This document shows, piece by piece, positions 1 to 10,552 of a stretch of DNA of 64,000 nt. Every line of letters begins with the position of its first letter. Position 1 is the stretch's first letter. The DNA comes from Bryobacterales bacterium. Its GTDB lineage: Bacteria > Acidobacteriota > Terriglobia > Bryobacterales > UBA6623. Position numbers and translations under genes: made by a program. The stretch lies in assembly GCA_963422375.2 (NCBI GenBank), contig OY729427.2, forward strand, positions 1,184,001 through 1,248,000. Reading direction: 5' to 3'. The notes below the pieces were generated by a model. It worked only from the letters and a program-made list of their open reading frames with translations, searched no databases and had not been told where the DNA came from.

Positions 1-843
1 CTTGGCGGACCAAGTGGAGCGGCGCGTGCTGCGAGGGGAGAAGATCCCGCACGAGGAGAAAGTGTTCTCGATCTTTGAGGAACACACGCGCTGGTGCGTG
101 AAAGGAAAAGCGGGGGTGCCGGTGGAGCTGGGCGTGCCGGTATGCATCGTGGAAAGCGAGCACCGATTCGTGATGAATCACGAAGTGATGTGGAAGGGAA
201 GCGACGTGGACGTGGCGGTGGGAATCGTCGAGGGAGCGCAGGGGCTGTACGCGGGGTTGTCGAGCTGCAGCTTCGACAAGGGCTTTCACAGCCCGGCGAA
301 CCGGACGCGCTTGGCGGAACTGCTGTCGTGCAACGCGATGCCACGGAAGGGGAGGCTGTCGAAGGCGGCGAAGGAGATGGAAGGCGCGCCTGAATTCGTG
401 GCTGCGAGGCAGGCTCACCCGGCCGTGGAGTCGGCGATCAACAATCTCGAGTGCCGCGGTCTGGACAGGGTGATGGACCGGGGAGCGGAGGGATTCGAGC
501 GGATGATCGGGCTAGCGATCCTGGCGGCGAACGTGCATCGAGTGGGCCGGATCGTGCGCGACAGAGAGCGCGACAGAGAGAGGGAGCGTCTCAAGACGGG
601 ACCCTTGCCGCTGGCTGCATAGGCAGTCGGCAGCGATCTGAATTGCCCTGAATTTAAACCTTGAAGAGACAAGGTTCAGGAAAAGTGTACAACTAGAACA
701 GAACTAACTGTATCCTCACAATGAAAATGGAATATGAGGCAATGAGTTCGGTTAATTGGCGCAGACTGTTTCTTCCATAGCTATCATTTAGTCGGGATCT
801 ATCAGCTAGAATCCCCAAAATATCAGGGTTTTGTCACAAGCAC
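1..843 (+). mobile_element. Right part of an IS5-like/ISNCY insertion sequence; right IR at about 824-843 (CAGGGTTTTGTCACAAGCAC)
   Basis: Contains the transposase C-terminus. The end motif recurs inverted at 24761 as a MITE end, and the neighbouring gene is cut at 844. Confidence 0.75.
2..622 (+). CDS. DDE transposase, C-terminal part (IS5-like/ISNCY), 5' end outside the window
   Basis: Motifs KVFSIFEEHT..KGKAG.PVELG, SFDKGF, HPAVESAINNLE. Confidence 0.85.
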   Translation: MADQVERRVLRGEKIPHEEKVFSIFEEHTRWCVKGKAGVPVELGVPVCIVESEHRFVMNHEVMWKGSDVDVAVGIVEGAQGLYAGLSSCSFDKGFHSPANRTRLAELLSCNAMPRKGRLSKAAKEMEGAPEFVAARQAHPAVESAINNLECRGLDRVMDRGAEGFERMIGLAILAANVHRVGRIVRDRERDRERERLKTGPLPLAA

Positions 844-901
844 TAGTTACCTCACATCCATCGGAAACCCCCTCTCGGATAGATGCAAGGAGATCGCTCA
901 T
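844..901 (-). pseudogene. N-terminal stub (MSDLLASIREGVSDGCEVT) of a gene coupled to the AAA ATPase, truncated by the IS
   Basis: ATGA overlap with the ATPase stop; the frame runs into the IS end. Confidence 0.45.
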
Positions 902-2434
902 TGCGGTTTATCAATCTCATTGGTAATCACGGCCCAGCGATTGTGCAGAGCGATGGCTACGTCATCAAAATCGGCCAGATAGAGGCCGGCATCCTCAAGA
1001 CGAATTTCCCTTACAACCGAACCATGAGCAGCACTAGGACGCTCAAGCAACCAAACACCCACCTCGTCCGGACGGATTGAAGTCTCGTTGAGACTTGGTT
1101 GGCCATCAGTCGCTCCCGACAGCTGACTTCCGCGCACAAGATTAGAAAGCTCTTCAAGTACCCACTCACTATGAGTTGTAACGATCACTCGCACACCTGC
1201 ATTCGCGATGGCGACGAGTACCCGCGTGAATTCAACCTGCATCGCCGGGTGAAGATGCGCTTCAGGCTCTTCAACAATCAGCACATTGCCCGGCTGAACG
1301 ATGTGAAGAAAATAGAGGGCTACTGGTGCAAGCTCCGATACCATGGAGGAAGAACTCATCAAGGACAGGTCATTCTTCTAGCCATGAGGGCGGTAGACAA
1401 ACTGAGGATATGACAATTCATCTGGTGACTTCACGCTCACAGATCCTTCCAAGAGGCGCTCCTCAATCCATTGATTTAGATCACGAAATCGTGTTCTACT
1501 ATTGGACTTGAGTCTCGAAAGAGCTACAAGCTGCTCAAGAAAATTGGCCAAGACTCCTGAAAGCATCGGAGTCATGGTAGGAGGTCGGAGACCGGCCATC
1601 GATGCTCGGTTAATCAATGCGCTTACTACGATGCTGCGTGCATGCATTACTCCTGTTCGGTCAGCAGGAAAATAGAATGCTGGCCATGATAACGGACCAA
1701 TCAGATACGGCGAGAATGAGCTAGATATACCCTCCATCATCCACAACGATTTGTCCATTTTCCAGTGATCTTCGTCAGACATCTCTAGTACAATTCGGTC
1801 TGATCGAATCAGACGCCTAGCTGGAACGGAATCTATCGGGACATTGAATTGAGTTTTCTCACCAATAATAGGGTTCATGCTGAGAGAGAGTTTCTCCTTT
1901 CCTATCGATATGGTATGCTCAAATACGCCGGATCTAATCGTGTTTTTCCATCGTAGAATGACACTTTCCACGCCGGATTTTCCCTCACGATCAAGCATGT
2001 GGGCCTCTCTTATTCTACCAAAATATCTTCTTATTTCCTACGTCAAGACTGGGGCTGTTATAGTTCATGATATCGCAAAGCAGCTTTGCCATATAGTCAG
2101 GAAACTGCATTAGTTGATCCGATCCAGACTCCAAATCCTTCCAAGGGCTTGATTCATTCCATCTCTTCAATGCAGAAATCGCGCTTTTCGACAGTGCTGT
2201 CGAGTCAAAGTTAGCGGTGTCTTCATGGTCGAGATTGAGACGATGTCTCATCGGTGAAACTCTGTTGTGGAAGAAACTGTGCAACGCATAGATCAGAATA
2301 GACAAGTAGGACTTTCCTGTGTTGCTCGGCCCGACCAAGACGGTCAGTGGTCGCAAGTCCACCTTGGCCCGGCTGGTCGGCCTGAAGTCAGTTACGTCAA
2401 GCTCAAGGCGGCCAGTGTTGGTCGGATCACTCAT
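898..2434 (-). pseudogene. AAA_15/AAA_21-type (ABC-like) ATPase, broken into three ORFs
   Basis: Walker A GPSNTGKS, Walker B/D-loop IVEEPEAHLHP, H-loop TTHS. Frameshift near 2000-2017 and in-frame TAG at 1378-1380. Confidence 0.85.
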
Positions 2435-3145
2435 GTCGCTACCCTCTCTTGCCAGCGCTTACTACAGGTAGGCATGAAGGCACAGGTCTTCATCGCTCAA
2501 TACTAGAGTGAAGCTGCTGCGTCGACAACTTAGATGCGCGGATCGACGGGCTAGAGGAGTCCGTCCTAGCGATCCGAGGGCGGGGAGTGTGCGAGTGGGC
2601 CTTGGAAGCAGGGACGACGCTGAACGGAGCCTCTGGCCGGCTTGCTGCACCGGCGTACCTGCTCGGCGGTTTCGCCTCGAGCCGTTGACAGCGGTAGCCT
2701 CATAGATCGGTTTGCAGCTGCGAATCACAAAGGTCGAGCCGATCATGCGATTCGATCCGTGTTGGCGCACGGTGGCGATTCGGTTCGTGTCGATGACATC
2801 CTTCGGCGCGACTCCCTGAGGAATCCGTCTTGGGGCCGAATCGAGCGGGCCACGGCAGTACGCCAGATGGGTTAACGATAGCGACTCCTAGCAAGGTTAT
2901 CGGCGGACGAGGCGTAGTCGAGCGAGGTGAGCCGCGTGCGGCGATGAGCCGACGGGTGGTCGACACACTCCGAACCGTCAGGTTCCGATCAGTCCTCAGG
3001 AGCCGGCTGGGACCCGAGCCGCAGCGATAATGCATTGCCCGCCGGCCTAGCCTGGATTATCGCCGCATCGGCTGCTACACGACCGCGTCCGCTCCAGCGG
3101 CGTCAGCTGGCAAGACGCGGACAAGGGGACGAGCAGGCGCGGGCG

Positions 3146-4558
3146 TCAGGCAAGCGCTTCGGAGATAAGCTTGCCGCCGTTGATCGTGGGACGTTCCGAG
3201 CGTCCGTTGTGGAGGTAGGTCAGGCTCAAGTGGTCGAGGCCGAGCAGGTGCAGAATCGTGGCATGAATGTCATGCACGTGGTAAGGCGACTCCTCGGCTC
3301 GCAGGCCGAGCTCGTCGGTCGTGCCGACGGCCTGGCCTCCCTTGATGCCGCCTCCCGCCATCCAGATCGTGAACCCCCAAGGGTTGTGGTCGCGTCCGTC
3401 GGCCTGCTCGTTGAAAGGCGTGCGACCGAATTCCCCACCCCAGATCACGAGCGTCTCGTCCAGCAGGCCGCGAGACTTGAGATCCGCCAGCAGCCCGGCG
3501 ATGGGCTTGTCTGAGACACCGCACCACTTGGTATGGTTCTCCTCGATCCTGCGGTGCGCGTCCCAGCCGCCGCAGTATGCCTGCACGAAGCGCACGCCGC
3601 GCTCGACCAGCCTGCGGGCCAGCAGCAGGTTCCGCCCGTACAGGGCAGTGGGCTCCTCGTCCATGCCGTACAGCTTCTTGGTGCTCTCCGACTCCCTAGC
3701 CAGGTCGACCGCCTCGGGCGCGTGCGCCTGCATCCGATAGGCCAGTTCGTAGGACCGCAGCCGGGCGTCCAGCTCGGACTCGGCCGGATGCTTCTCCGCG
3801 TGATGGGAATTCAGCCTAGCCAGCAGGTCAAGCTTGCCTCGTTGCTGGCTCCGACCGACCGCTTCGGGTGTCTCGAGATCGAGGATCGGCGCGCCTTCGC
3901 GCTTGAACATCGTGCCCTGAAACGTCGCCGGGAGGAATCCCGCGCTCCAGTTCTTCGAGCCGCCGTTGATGCGCACCTCGTCATTGAGCACCACGAAGGA
4001 CGGCAGGTTGCGGTTCGCCGACCCGAGTCCGTAGGTCACCCAAGCTCCCAAGGACGGTCGCCCGGCGAGGATCGAGCCGGTGTTCATCTGGCAGACCGAG
4101 CCCACGTGGTTGAGACCGTCCGCGTGGCAGGACCGGATCACCGCTAGATCGTCGACATGCCGGGCGACGTGCGGATACCAGTTCGAAACCCACAGGCCGC
4201 TCTGGCCGTGGCGCGCCCAGGTCCGCTGCGACGGCATGATCGTGTTATGGGCAGTGCCGGGCATTGCGGTAAGCGGCCTGCCGTACGATGCGGGCAGGGG
4301 CTGGCCGGCGTACTCCTCCAGCGCGGGCTTGGGGTCGAAGGTGTCGAGGTGGCTCGGGCCCCCTTCCATGAAGCACCAGATGACGGATTTCGCCGCGGGC
4401 CTATGGTGAGGCTCCCGCGGAGATAACGGGTCGCCGCTCGCGCTGGCCGCCTCGGCGTCCAGAGCTGCCAAGGCAAGCGCCCCCAAGCCTCCCGACGCCT
4501 GGCTCAGGAACGCCCGGCGGGATCTCACGGCTGTCGGGTTGGCGGCCTTCGCGCGCAT
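3146..4558 (-). CDS. DUF1501 family protein with Tat signal
   Basis: SRRAFL signal; FMEGGPSHLDTFDPKP, GEFGRTP, GRDHNP motifs. Confidence 0.92.
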   Translation of the reverse strand: MRAKAANPTAVRSRRAFLSQASGGLGALALAALDAEAASASGDPLSPREPHHRPAAKSVIWCFMEGGPSHLDTFDPKPALEEYAGQPLPASYGRPLTAMPGTAHNTIMPSQRTWARHGQSGLWVSNWYPHVARHVDDLAVIRSCHADGLNHVGSVCQMNTGSILAGRPSLGAWVTYGLGSANRNLPSFVVLNDEVRINGGSKNWSAGFLPATFQGTMFKREGAPILDLETPEAVGRSQQRGKLDLLARLNSHHAEKHPAESELDARLRSYELAYRMQAHAPEAVDLARESESTKKLYGMDEEPTALYGRNLLLARRLVERGVRFVQAYCGGWDAHRRIEENHTKWCGVSDKPIAGLLADLKSRGLLDETLVIWGGEFGRTPFNEQADGRDHNPWGFTIWMAGGGIKGGQAVGTTDELGLRAEESPYHVHDIHATILHLLGLDHLSLTYLHNGRSERPTINGGKLISEALA

Positions 4559-4583
4559 TGCAGGTCCCTCCGTACGACTCTGG

Positions 4584-6827
4584 TCAGTTCCGATAGACGA
4601 ACTCGTTGGAATTCAGCAGCATGTGGCAGAAGTCCACGACCGCGGCCGCTTCGGCCACGGTCATGGGTGCCGGGACCGAGTCGGGCAGGAGCAGCGGCTC
4701 GCCCGCCTCGGCGCGCTCGGCGACGATTTCGCGCTGCGTCTCGAAGAACGTCAGCACGGTGTCCCTCTCCCAGCCGTCGGGAGCCCTGTTGTAGGCGAGC
4801 CGGAAACCCGCATCTACCTGCCGGGCGCGGTCGGCGCCGGCCTTCTCCAGGACGCGACTCGCCATGCCCTGCGCCCAAGCGAGCGTATGCTCGCTGTTGA
4901 GCAGCGAGAGCGCCTGCGGCGCCGTGGTGGTCGTCGAGCGGCGCGCGCAGGACTCGTGAGTGTCCGGCATGTCGAACGACTCCAGCATCGGGTAGCGCGA
5001 GTTGCGTCGCACGAAGACGTACACGCTGCGACGGTCCTGCGCATGGCTCCGCTCGGGCACGTCCCAGCCCCCGCGCGGTTCCGCCGCGCCGAGCGGCAGG
5101 GCCGGAAATACGCTCGGGCCGCCGACGCCGTAGTGCAGCCGGCCCGACACCGCCAGCATGGAATCCCGGATCACCTCGCCCTCGAGCCTCTGCGGCGGGA
5201 AGCGCCAGAGCAGGCGGTTGAGCGGATCGGCCTCGCTGGCGGCCTCGCGGAAGGCGGAAGACTGCCGGTAGGTCTCGGAATTCATGATCAGGCGATGCAG
5301 GCGCTTCAGCCTCCAGCCCCCTCGGACGAACTCCGCGGCCAGCCAGTCCAATAGCCGCGGGTGCGTCGGCCGCTCGCCCATCAGGCCGAAATCGCTGGGC
5401 GTGCGGACGATGCCCTGCCCGAAGTGGTAGTGCCACACGCGGTTGACGAGCACGCGGGCCGTCAGCGGGTTATCCGGCCGTGTCAGCCACTGCGCCAGCG
5501 CCGTGCGCCGCCCCGAGGAGCGCCCGCCACGGGCGGGGGCATAGGCGGCGGGCCCGGGATCCAGCAGGGTCAGGAAGCCGGGCTCGACCTCCTCGAGCGG
5601 AGCGGCGTAGTTGGCGAACGAGAGGACATGCGTCTTCGGCACATCGGCACCGAGCTCCTGGATGCCGACCCCAACCGGCAGCGGCTCCGGCTTGAGATGG
5701 TCCAGATCCGCCAGCTCGGACTGCAGCCGGGCATAGCGCTCCTTGGCCTCGCCCTTCAGCGAGCCAGCCAGCCGGGCGTCGTTGTGGTACCCCATCTGCC
5801 AGATGTGCTGCTGGAACAGAAGACGCTCGTACATCGAGCGGTCGGACGCGGCCTTGCCGAAGGCGGCCTGCGTTTCCGGCGCACGCCGGTCCACCTGCGT
5901 CTGGAAGGCCTCCTTGCGCTTCTCGTCTAGCAGCTCGTCGATTTGAGCGCGGATTTCGCGGGTGGCCTCTTCCCATGCCGCCTGGCGGCGGCCGTGCTCC
6001 GCTCGCCGACGCTCGTCATAGAGGTGGACCTCGTCGTCCCGGGCGACGTTGGTGAAGAACGCCTGCAAGCGGTAGTAGTCCTTCTGCAGGATCGGGTCGA
6101 ACTTGTGGTCGTGGCACTTGGCGCACCCGTAGGTGAGGCCCATGAACACCGCTCCGACGGTGTCGGTGATGTCGAGCAGGACCTCCTGCCGCCGCTGCAT
6201 CAGGATGGCGGCGTTCGACTCGTCGGGGTAATGCCGGTTGAAACCGGTGGCGATGCGTGCCTGCGGGCTGTCGGGCCACAGCTCGTCGCCGGCGATCTGC
6301 TCCTGGACGAACCGGTCGTAGGGCTTGTCGGCGTTGAGCGAATCGATGACGTAGTCGCGGTAGCGCCATGCGTAAGGTCGCGTCTCGTCGGACTTGAAGC
6401 CCTCGCTCTCGGCGTAGCGGGCCAGGTCCAACCAGTGGCGCGCCCAGCGCTCGCCGTAGCGGGGCGAGGCCAGCAAGCGGTCCACCACACGGGCAAACGC
6501 TTCCGGCGCGTCATCGGCTAGAAAGGCCTCGACCTCCTCGGGGGACGGCGGCAGGCCGTGGAGATCGAAGGTCGCCCGCCGGATCAGCGTGACCTTGTCC
6601 GCGCGCGGCCCCGGCGCGATGCGTCGCCCGGCCATGCGCGACACGACGAACGCGTCCACCGGACTGGCTCCCGTCGACAGAGGGGCCTCCGCGGCAGCGA
6701 GGGGCTGGAACGCCCAGTGCGCACGCTGATGCTCGGTAAACTGCGGACCGGCGGTCGATCCGCTGACCTGCGCCGCTACCGCCAAGGCCCCGACCAAGAA
6801 GCAGATTGGGGCGACTCGCTGATGCAT
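4584..6827 (-). CDS. DUF1549/DUF1553 (PSCyt2/PSD1) protein
   Basis: HWAF, YGERWARHWLDLARY, CAKCHDHKFDPI, NPLTARVLVNRVW; adjacent to DUF1501. Confidence 0.92.
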   Translation of the reverse strand: MHQRVAPICFLVGALAVAAQVSGSTAGPQFTEHQRAHWAFQPLAAAEAPLSTGASPVDAFVVSRMAGRRIAPGPRADKVTLIRRATFDLHGLPPSPEEVEAFLADDAPEAFARVVDRLLASPRYGERWARHWLDLARYAESEGFKSDETRPYAWRYRDYVIDSLNADKPYDRFVQEQIAGDELWPDSPQARIATGFNRHYPDESNAAILMQRRQEVLLDITDTVGAVFMGLTYGCAKCHDHKFDPILQKDYYRLQAFFTNVARDDEVHLYDERRRAEHGRRQAAWEEATREIRAQIDELLDEKRKEAFQTQVDRRAPETQAAFGKAASDRSMYERLLFQQHIWQMGYHNDARLAGSLKGEAKERYARLQSELADLDHLKPEPLPVGVGIQELGADVPKTHVLSFANYAAPLEEVEPGFLTLLDPGPAAYAPARGGRSSGRRTALAQWLTRPDNPLTARVLVNRVWHYHFGQGIVRTPSDFGLMGERPTHPRLLDWLAAEFVRGGWRLKRLHRLIMNSETYRQSSAFREAASEADPLNRLLWRFPPQRLEGEVIRDSMLAVSGRLHYGVGGPSVFPALPLGAAEPRGGWDVPERSHAQDRRSVYVFVRRNSRYPMLESFDMPDTHESCARRSTTTTAPQALSLLNSEHTLAWAQGMASRVLEKAGADRARQVDAGFRLAYNRAPDGWERDTVLTFFETQREIVAERAEAGEPLLLPDSVPAPMTVAEAAAVVDFCHMLLNSNEFVYRN

Positions 6828-7078
6828 GGGCAGTTTCTCCGGTGGGACGCGCGATCACAATCCCAATCACTTACACTATAGTCCTCGCGGCACCTGCAAA
6901 CGCAGGATTTCCGGTCCTTTCCGAGACCAATAGCGCCCTTGCCAGGCCCTAGGCGACGGATGGCCCGCAGGTTTTCCGGGCCGGGGCTCCTGGGCCGCCT
7001 CGGCCGTTTACGAGGGCCGGTCTTGACGGGTTGGTCCGGCAGTTGCCATGATTGGACGCGCCAATGCCGCGGCCAACC

Positions 7079-8023
7079 ATGACGTCGAGACTCTGCCTTC
7101 TGCTCGCCTGCGCCGTGTCCGTCGCGATAGCCGAGGACGAGGCGTTCAACGGGCGGTGGATCATAGAAGCGCTCGGCGACAACGGCGGCCGGGCCCTGTG
7201 GCTCGAAGTGAACGGAGCCGGCGGGGGCTCGATCAGCGGATCCATGGTCGGAGCCGGGCCCGGCGGCCAGCTCGACCCCATCCGCGAAGCGCGCGTCGAG
7301 GGAGGCCAGCTGCGCTTCCACCTAGAGCGCACGCAGCGGCGAGGCCCAGGCTCGGTGATACGGACCGAAGTCGAGGCTGCCCTGCACGGCGAGCGGCTCG
7401 TCGGCGTGGCGAACCGCTCTCGCGGAGCGCTGCTGTGGGTCGGGCAGCGAGCGCCGGTCATCGCCGAGCGCGACGACGGTACGTGGAGGGAAGGCGCCCC
7501 GGTCGAGCTATTTGACGGGAAGGGGATCGACGGCTGGCACGCGCTGCGGCCGGGTCGCGAGGACGGCTGGTACGCGGAGAACGGCATCCTCAAGAACCGC
7601 CGCAACGCCGACGTGCTCGTATCGGACGCTAGGTTCTGGAATTTCCGCCTGCAGGTCGAGCTGCTGGTGCATCCGGGGATGAACGGGGGGATCGGGCTGC
7701 GCGGCCGCTACGAGGTGCAGCTGCTCGACGATTTCGGGCAGCCGGCGAGCGACCACGGTAACGGTGCGCTCTACGGTCGGATCGCCCCGAGCGTCAACGC
7801 CAGCCGCCGCGCCGGGGAGTGGCAGGCCTTCGACATCCGGCTGGTCGGGCGCGAGCTCACGGTCGTGCTGAACGGCGTCAAGACCATCGACCGCATCCCG
7901 GTCGATGGATTCACGGCAATGGCGACCGACTGGCGAGAAGGCGAGCCGGGGCCGATCACGCTGCAGGGAGATCACGGCGCCATCGAATTCCGCAAGATCC
8001 GCGTGACGCCTCTGACTCGGTGA
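7079..8023 (+). CDS. DUF1080 (3-keto-disaccharide hydrolase-like) secreted protein
   Basis: Signal peptide; LFDGKGIDGW, YEVQLLDD, GPITLQGDHG.IEFRKI. Confidence 0.88.
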   Translation: MTSRLCLLLACAVSVAIAEDEAFNGRWIIEALGDNGGRALWLEVNGAGGGSISGSMVGAGPGGQLDPIREARVEGGQLRFHLERTQRRGPGSVIRTEVEAALHGERLVGVANRSRGALLWVGQRAPVIAERDDGTWREGAPVELFDGKGIDGWHALRPGREDGWYAENGILKNRRNADVLVSDARFWNFRLQVELLVHPGMNGGIGLRGRYEVQLLDDFGQPASDHGNGALYGRIAPSVNASRRAGEWQAFDIRLVGRELTVVLNGVKTIDRIPVDGFTAMATDWREGEPGPITLQGDHGAIEFRKIRVTPLTR

Positions 8024-9516
8024 CCCGAAGGAGCCTAGCGGCCGCGGCGGGCCTGCTTGCCTTCGCCCTGTACCTAGCGCCGATCCCCCGGCGAGGGCTA
8101 GTTGGCCCGGACGAACCGCGCTACGCCTCGATTGCCAGGGAGATGGCGGAATCGGGGGACTTCGTCACGCCCGTCCTGTGGGGCGAGCCCTGGTTCGAGA
8201 AGCCCGCCCTGCTGTTCTGGCTGGGGGCTGCGGGTCGGCTGGCCGGACTCGACGACTACACCAGGGTCCCGGTGGCCTTGGGCTGCATCGCGTTCCTCGC
8301 ATTCCTGTACCGGACGGTGCGCAGGGAGTTCGACCGGGAGACTGCGGTCGCGGCAACCTGCGTTCTGGCAACCTCGGCGGGTTGGGTCGCCTACGCCGAC
8401 GCGGGAGTGTTCGACGGGCCGCTGGCGGCGCTCGTGTCGGCCTCGCTGCTCTGCCTGCTGCCGTGGGTACGCGACCCCGACGGAGCCGACAAGCGCTGGA
8501 TCTCCTGCTTCGGAGCCCTGCTGGGGCTGGGCGTGCTGGCCAAGGGCCTGGTCGCGCCGGCGATCGCGGCGGCGGCGATTCTGCCGGTGGCGTGGCGCGA
8601 CCCGCGGCGCGTCCTCGCGCTGCTCGGGTTCCGGGCGCTGGCACCGTTCGCCGTCGCCTGCCTGCCCTGGTACGCCGCGTGCTACTGGCGGAACGGCGCG
8701 GTCTTCGTCGAGGAATTCATCCTGCGGCATCACTGGGAGCGCTTCATCAGCTCCTCCCTCCAGCACGTGCAGCCATGGTGGTTCTTTCTGCCGGTGCTGC
8801 TGGCGTTCCTCCTCCCGTGGGCGCCGCTCCTGCTCGGCCTGCGCCTGGAGCCGCTCCGGGCCGACCCGCGGCTGCAGTTCCTGGCGGCATGGGCGCTGGG
8901 CACGGTCGTTTTCTTTTCGGCGTCCGTCAACAAGCTGCCCGCGTACGTGCTGCCGGCCGTCCCGCCCCTGGCGATCCTGCTGGCCGTTCGGTGGCGCGAG
9001 CGTCCCCGGAGGGGTCTCCTAGCGGCCTCGGCCTGCTCGCTGCTGCTAGTCCCGCTGGCGGGAGAGCTGCTGCCCGCGGGCCTCGCCGACGGCATCACGC
9101 GGGCGGTGCGGCAGCTCGAGCCGAGCGCCTCGGTGCCGGCCGGCCTGACGGGCCTCGCGCTAGCGGCCGCGGCCGTCGCCGCCGCGACCCGGGCGAGGCC
9201 TGCGCTGGCGCTCCCGGCGGTGGCCGCCCTCGCGGCAGTCTCGCTCGCCGGGCTCAAGTTCCAGACGTATCCCGCCGCCAGCAGGCTCGCGGGCGCTCGC
9301 GAGTTCTTCCTGGCGAACGCGGCGCGCACGGGCGAGGCCTGCCTCGGCGAGGCGCGCCGCCACGTCGCCTACGGGCTGCGCCACTACAGCCGGGATTCCA
9401 TCCCGCCCTGCGAGGAGCGGCCGCGGCCGCTGCGGATCGAAGGCGACCCGCCCCGCATCGCGCCGAGCGCCGCGGGGACGGAGCCGCCCCGCGAGCCTAC
9501 GCGAGTTCCTCCATGA
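8020..9516 (+). CDS. ArnT/PMT-like membrane glycosyltransferase
   Basis: DEPRYA..AREM, WFEKPAL, LAKG, NKLPAYVLP; many TM segments; GTG start overlaps the upstream stop. Confidence 0.88.
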   Translation: MTRRSLAAAAGLLAFALYLAPIPRRGLVGPDEPRYASIAREMAESGDFVTPVLWGEPWFEKPALLFWLGAAGRLAGLDDYTRVPVALGCIAFLAFLYRTVRREFDRETAVAATCVLATSAGWVAYADAGVFDGPLAALVSASLLCLLPWVRDPDGADKRWISCFGALLGLGVLAKGLVAPAIAAAAILPVAWRDPRRVLALLGFRALAPFAVACLPWYAACYWRNGAVFVEEFILRHHWERFISSSLQHVQPWWFFLPVLLAFLLPWAPLLLGLRLEPLRADPRLQFLAAWALGTVVFFSASVNKLPAYVLPAVPPLAILLAVRWRERPRRGLLAASACSLLLVPLAGELLPAGLADGITRAVRQLEPSASVPAGLTGLALAAAAVAAATRARPALALPAVAALAAVSLAGLKFQTYPAASRLAGAREFFLANAARTGEACLGEARRHVAYGLRHYSRDSIPPCEERPRPLRIEGDPPRIAPSAAGTEPPREPTRVPP

Positions 9517-10552
9517 CCTCGTCGAGTGCATCCCGGCCCGGACGCAGGCGGTCCTGCCCGAGCTCGGCTAGCGGCGCGTCGTCGAGCTGGAGCACCTCGG
9601 TGAAGCTGGGCGATTCGGTGTTGACGTAGAGCACGCCCGTCAGTATCTGGCTCTGGCCGACGGCCTGCTCGATTCGGTCCAAGGCCCCGATGCGGCTCGT
9701 GGGGTCGTAGTCCTCCTCGAGCTTCTCCAGCCGCAGCAGCGACCCGTCGTGCATCTCGACCTCGCGGACGGTACCCGGGGCGAAGTCGTCCTCCAAGTGA
9801 ATCTCGTCGAAGTGCGGGACGAAGTCGATCGACTGCAGCAGCACTTTGTTGTCGCGCACGTGCTTGTAGCTCTTGGTGGAGCCCGCGTGGTCGTTAAAGG
9901 TGACGCACGGGGAGACCACGTCGATCACCGCCGTGCCCCTGTGGCCCAAGGCGGCCTTGAGGACCGCCTGCAGCTGCTTCTTGTCTCCCGAGAACGAGCG
10001 CGCCACGAAGGTCGCGCCCATCTGCACCGCCAGCCCGCACGTGTCGATGGGCGGGAGCTCGTTCGCGATGCCCGACTTGGCGGTCGACCCCAGGTCGGCG
10101 GTCGCGGAGAACTGGCCCTTGGTCAGGCCGTAGCAGCCGTTGTCCTCGATGATGTAGACGATCGGCACGTTGCGCCGCATCATGTGGACGAACTGGCCCA
10201 GCCCGATCGAGGCCGTGTCGCCGTCGCCGGACACGCCCAAGGCCAGCAGGTCCTTGTTGGCCAGCATCGCGCCGGTGGCGACGGCCGGCATCCGGCCGTG
10301 CACGCTGTTGAAGCCGTGCGACATGCTCAGGAAGTAGGCCGGCGACTTGGACGAGCAGCCGATGCCCGACAGCTTGACGACCTGCGTCGGATCGATGCCC
10401 ATCTCGAAGAAGCATTCGACGATGCGCTCGGAAATCGAGTTGTGGCCGCAGCCGGCGCACAGGGTCGTCCTGAGACCCCGGTAGGGATCGAGTCCCAGTC
10501 CGATGCGGTTGATCGCCGGGGCCTTCGCCCGGCGCGCTGTCGCGACGCTCAC
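9497..10552 (-). CDS. 2-oxoacid:ferredoxin oxidoreductase beta subunit
   Basis: LCAGCGH, SGIGCS, VHGR, SGDGD TPP motif, SPCVTFN; GTGA coupling to the alpha gene. Confidence 0.93.
   Translation of the reverse strand: MSVATARRAKAPAINRIGLGLDPYRGLRTTLCAGCGHNSISERIVECFFEMGIDPTQVVKLSGIGCSSKSPAYFLSMSHGFNSVHGRMPAVATGAMLANKDLLALGVSGDGDTASIGLGQFVHMMRRNVPIVYIIEDNGCYGLTKGQFSATADLGSTAKSGIANELPPIDTCGLAVQMGATFVARSFSGDKKQLQAVLKAALGHRGTAVIDVVSPCVTFNDHAGSTKSYKHVRDNKVLLQSIDFVPHFDEIHLEDDFAPGTVREVEMHDGSLLRLEKLEEDYDPTSRIGALDRIEQAVGQSQILTGVLYVNTESPSFTEVLQLDDAPLAELGQDRLRPGRDALDEVMEELA

Noticed and set aside
555..590. GCGCGACAGAGAG repeat
   Set aside because: Short coding repeat (RDRERDRE) in the transposase tail
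2440..3140. Long intergenic region as a possible ncRNA or gene
   Set aside because: No motif, repeat or convincing ORF that I can support
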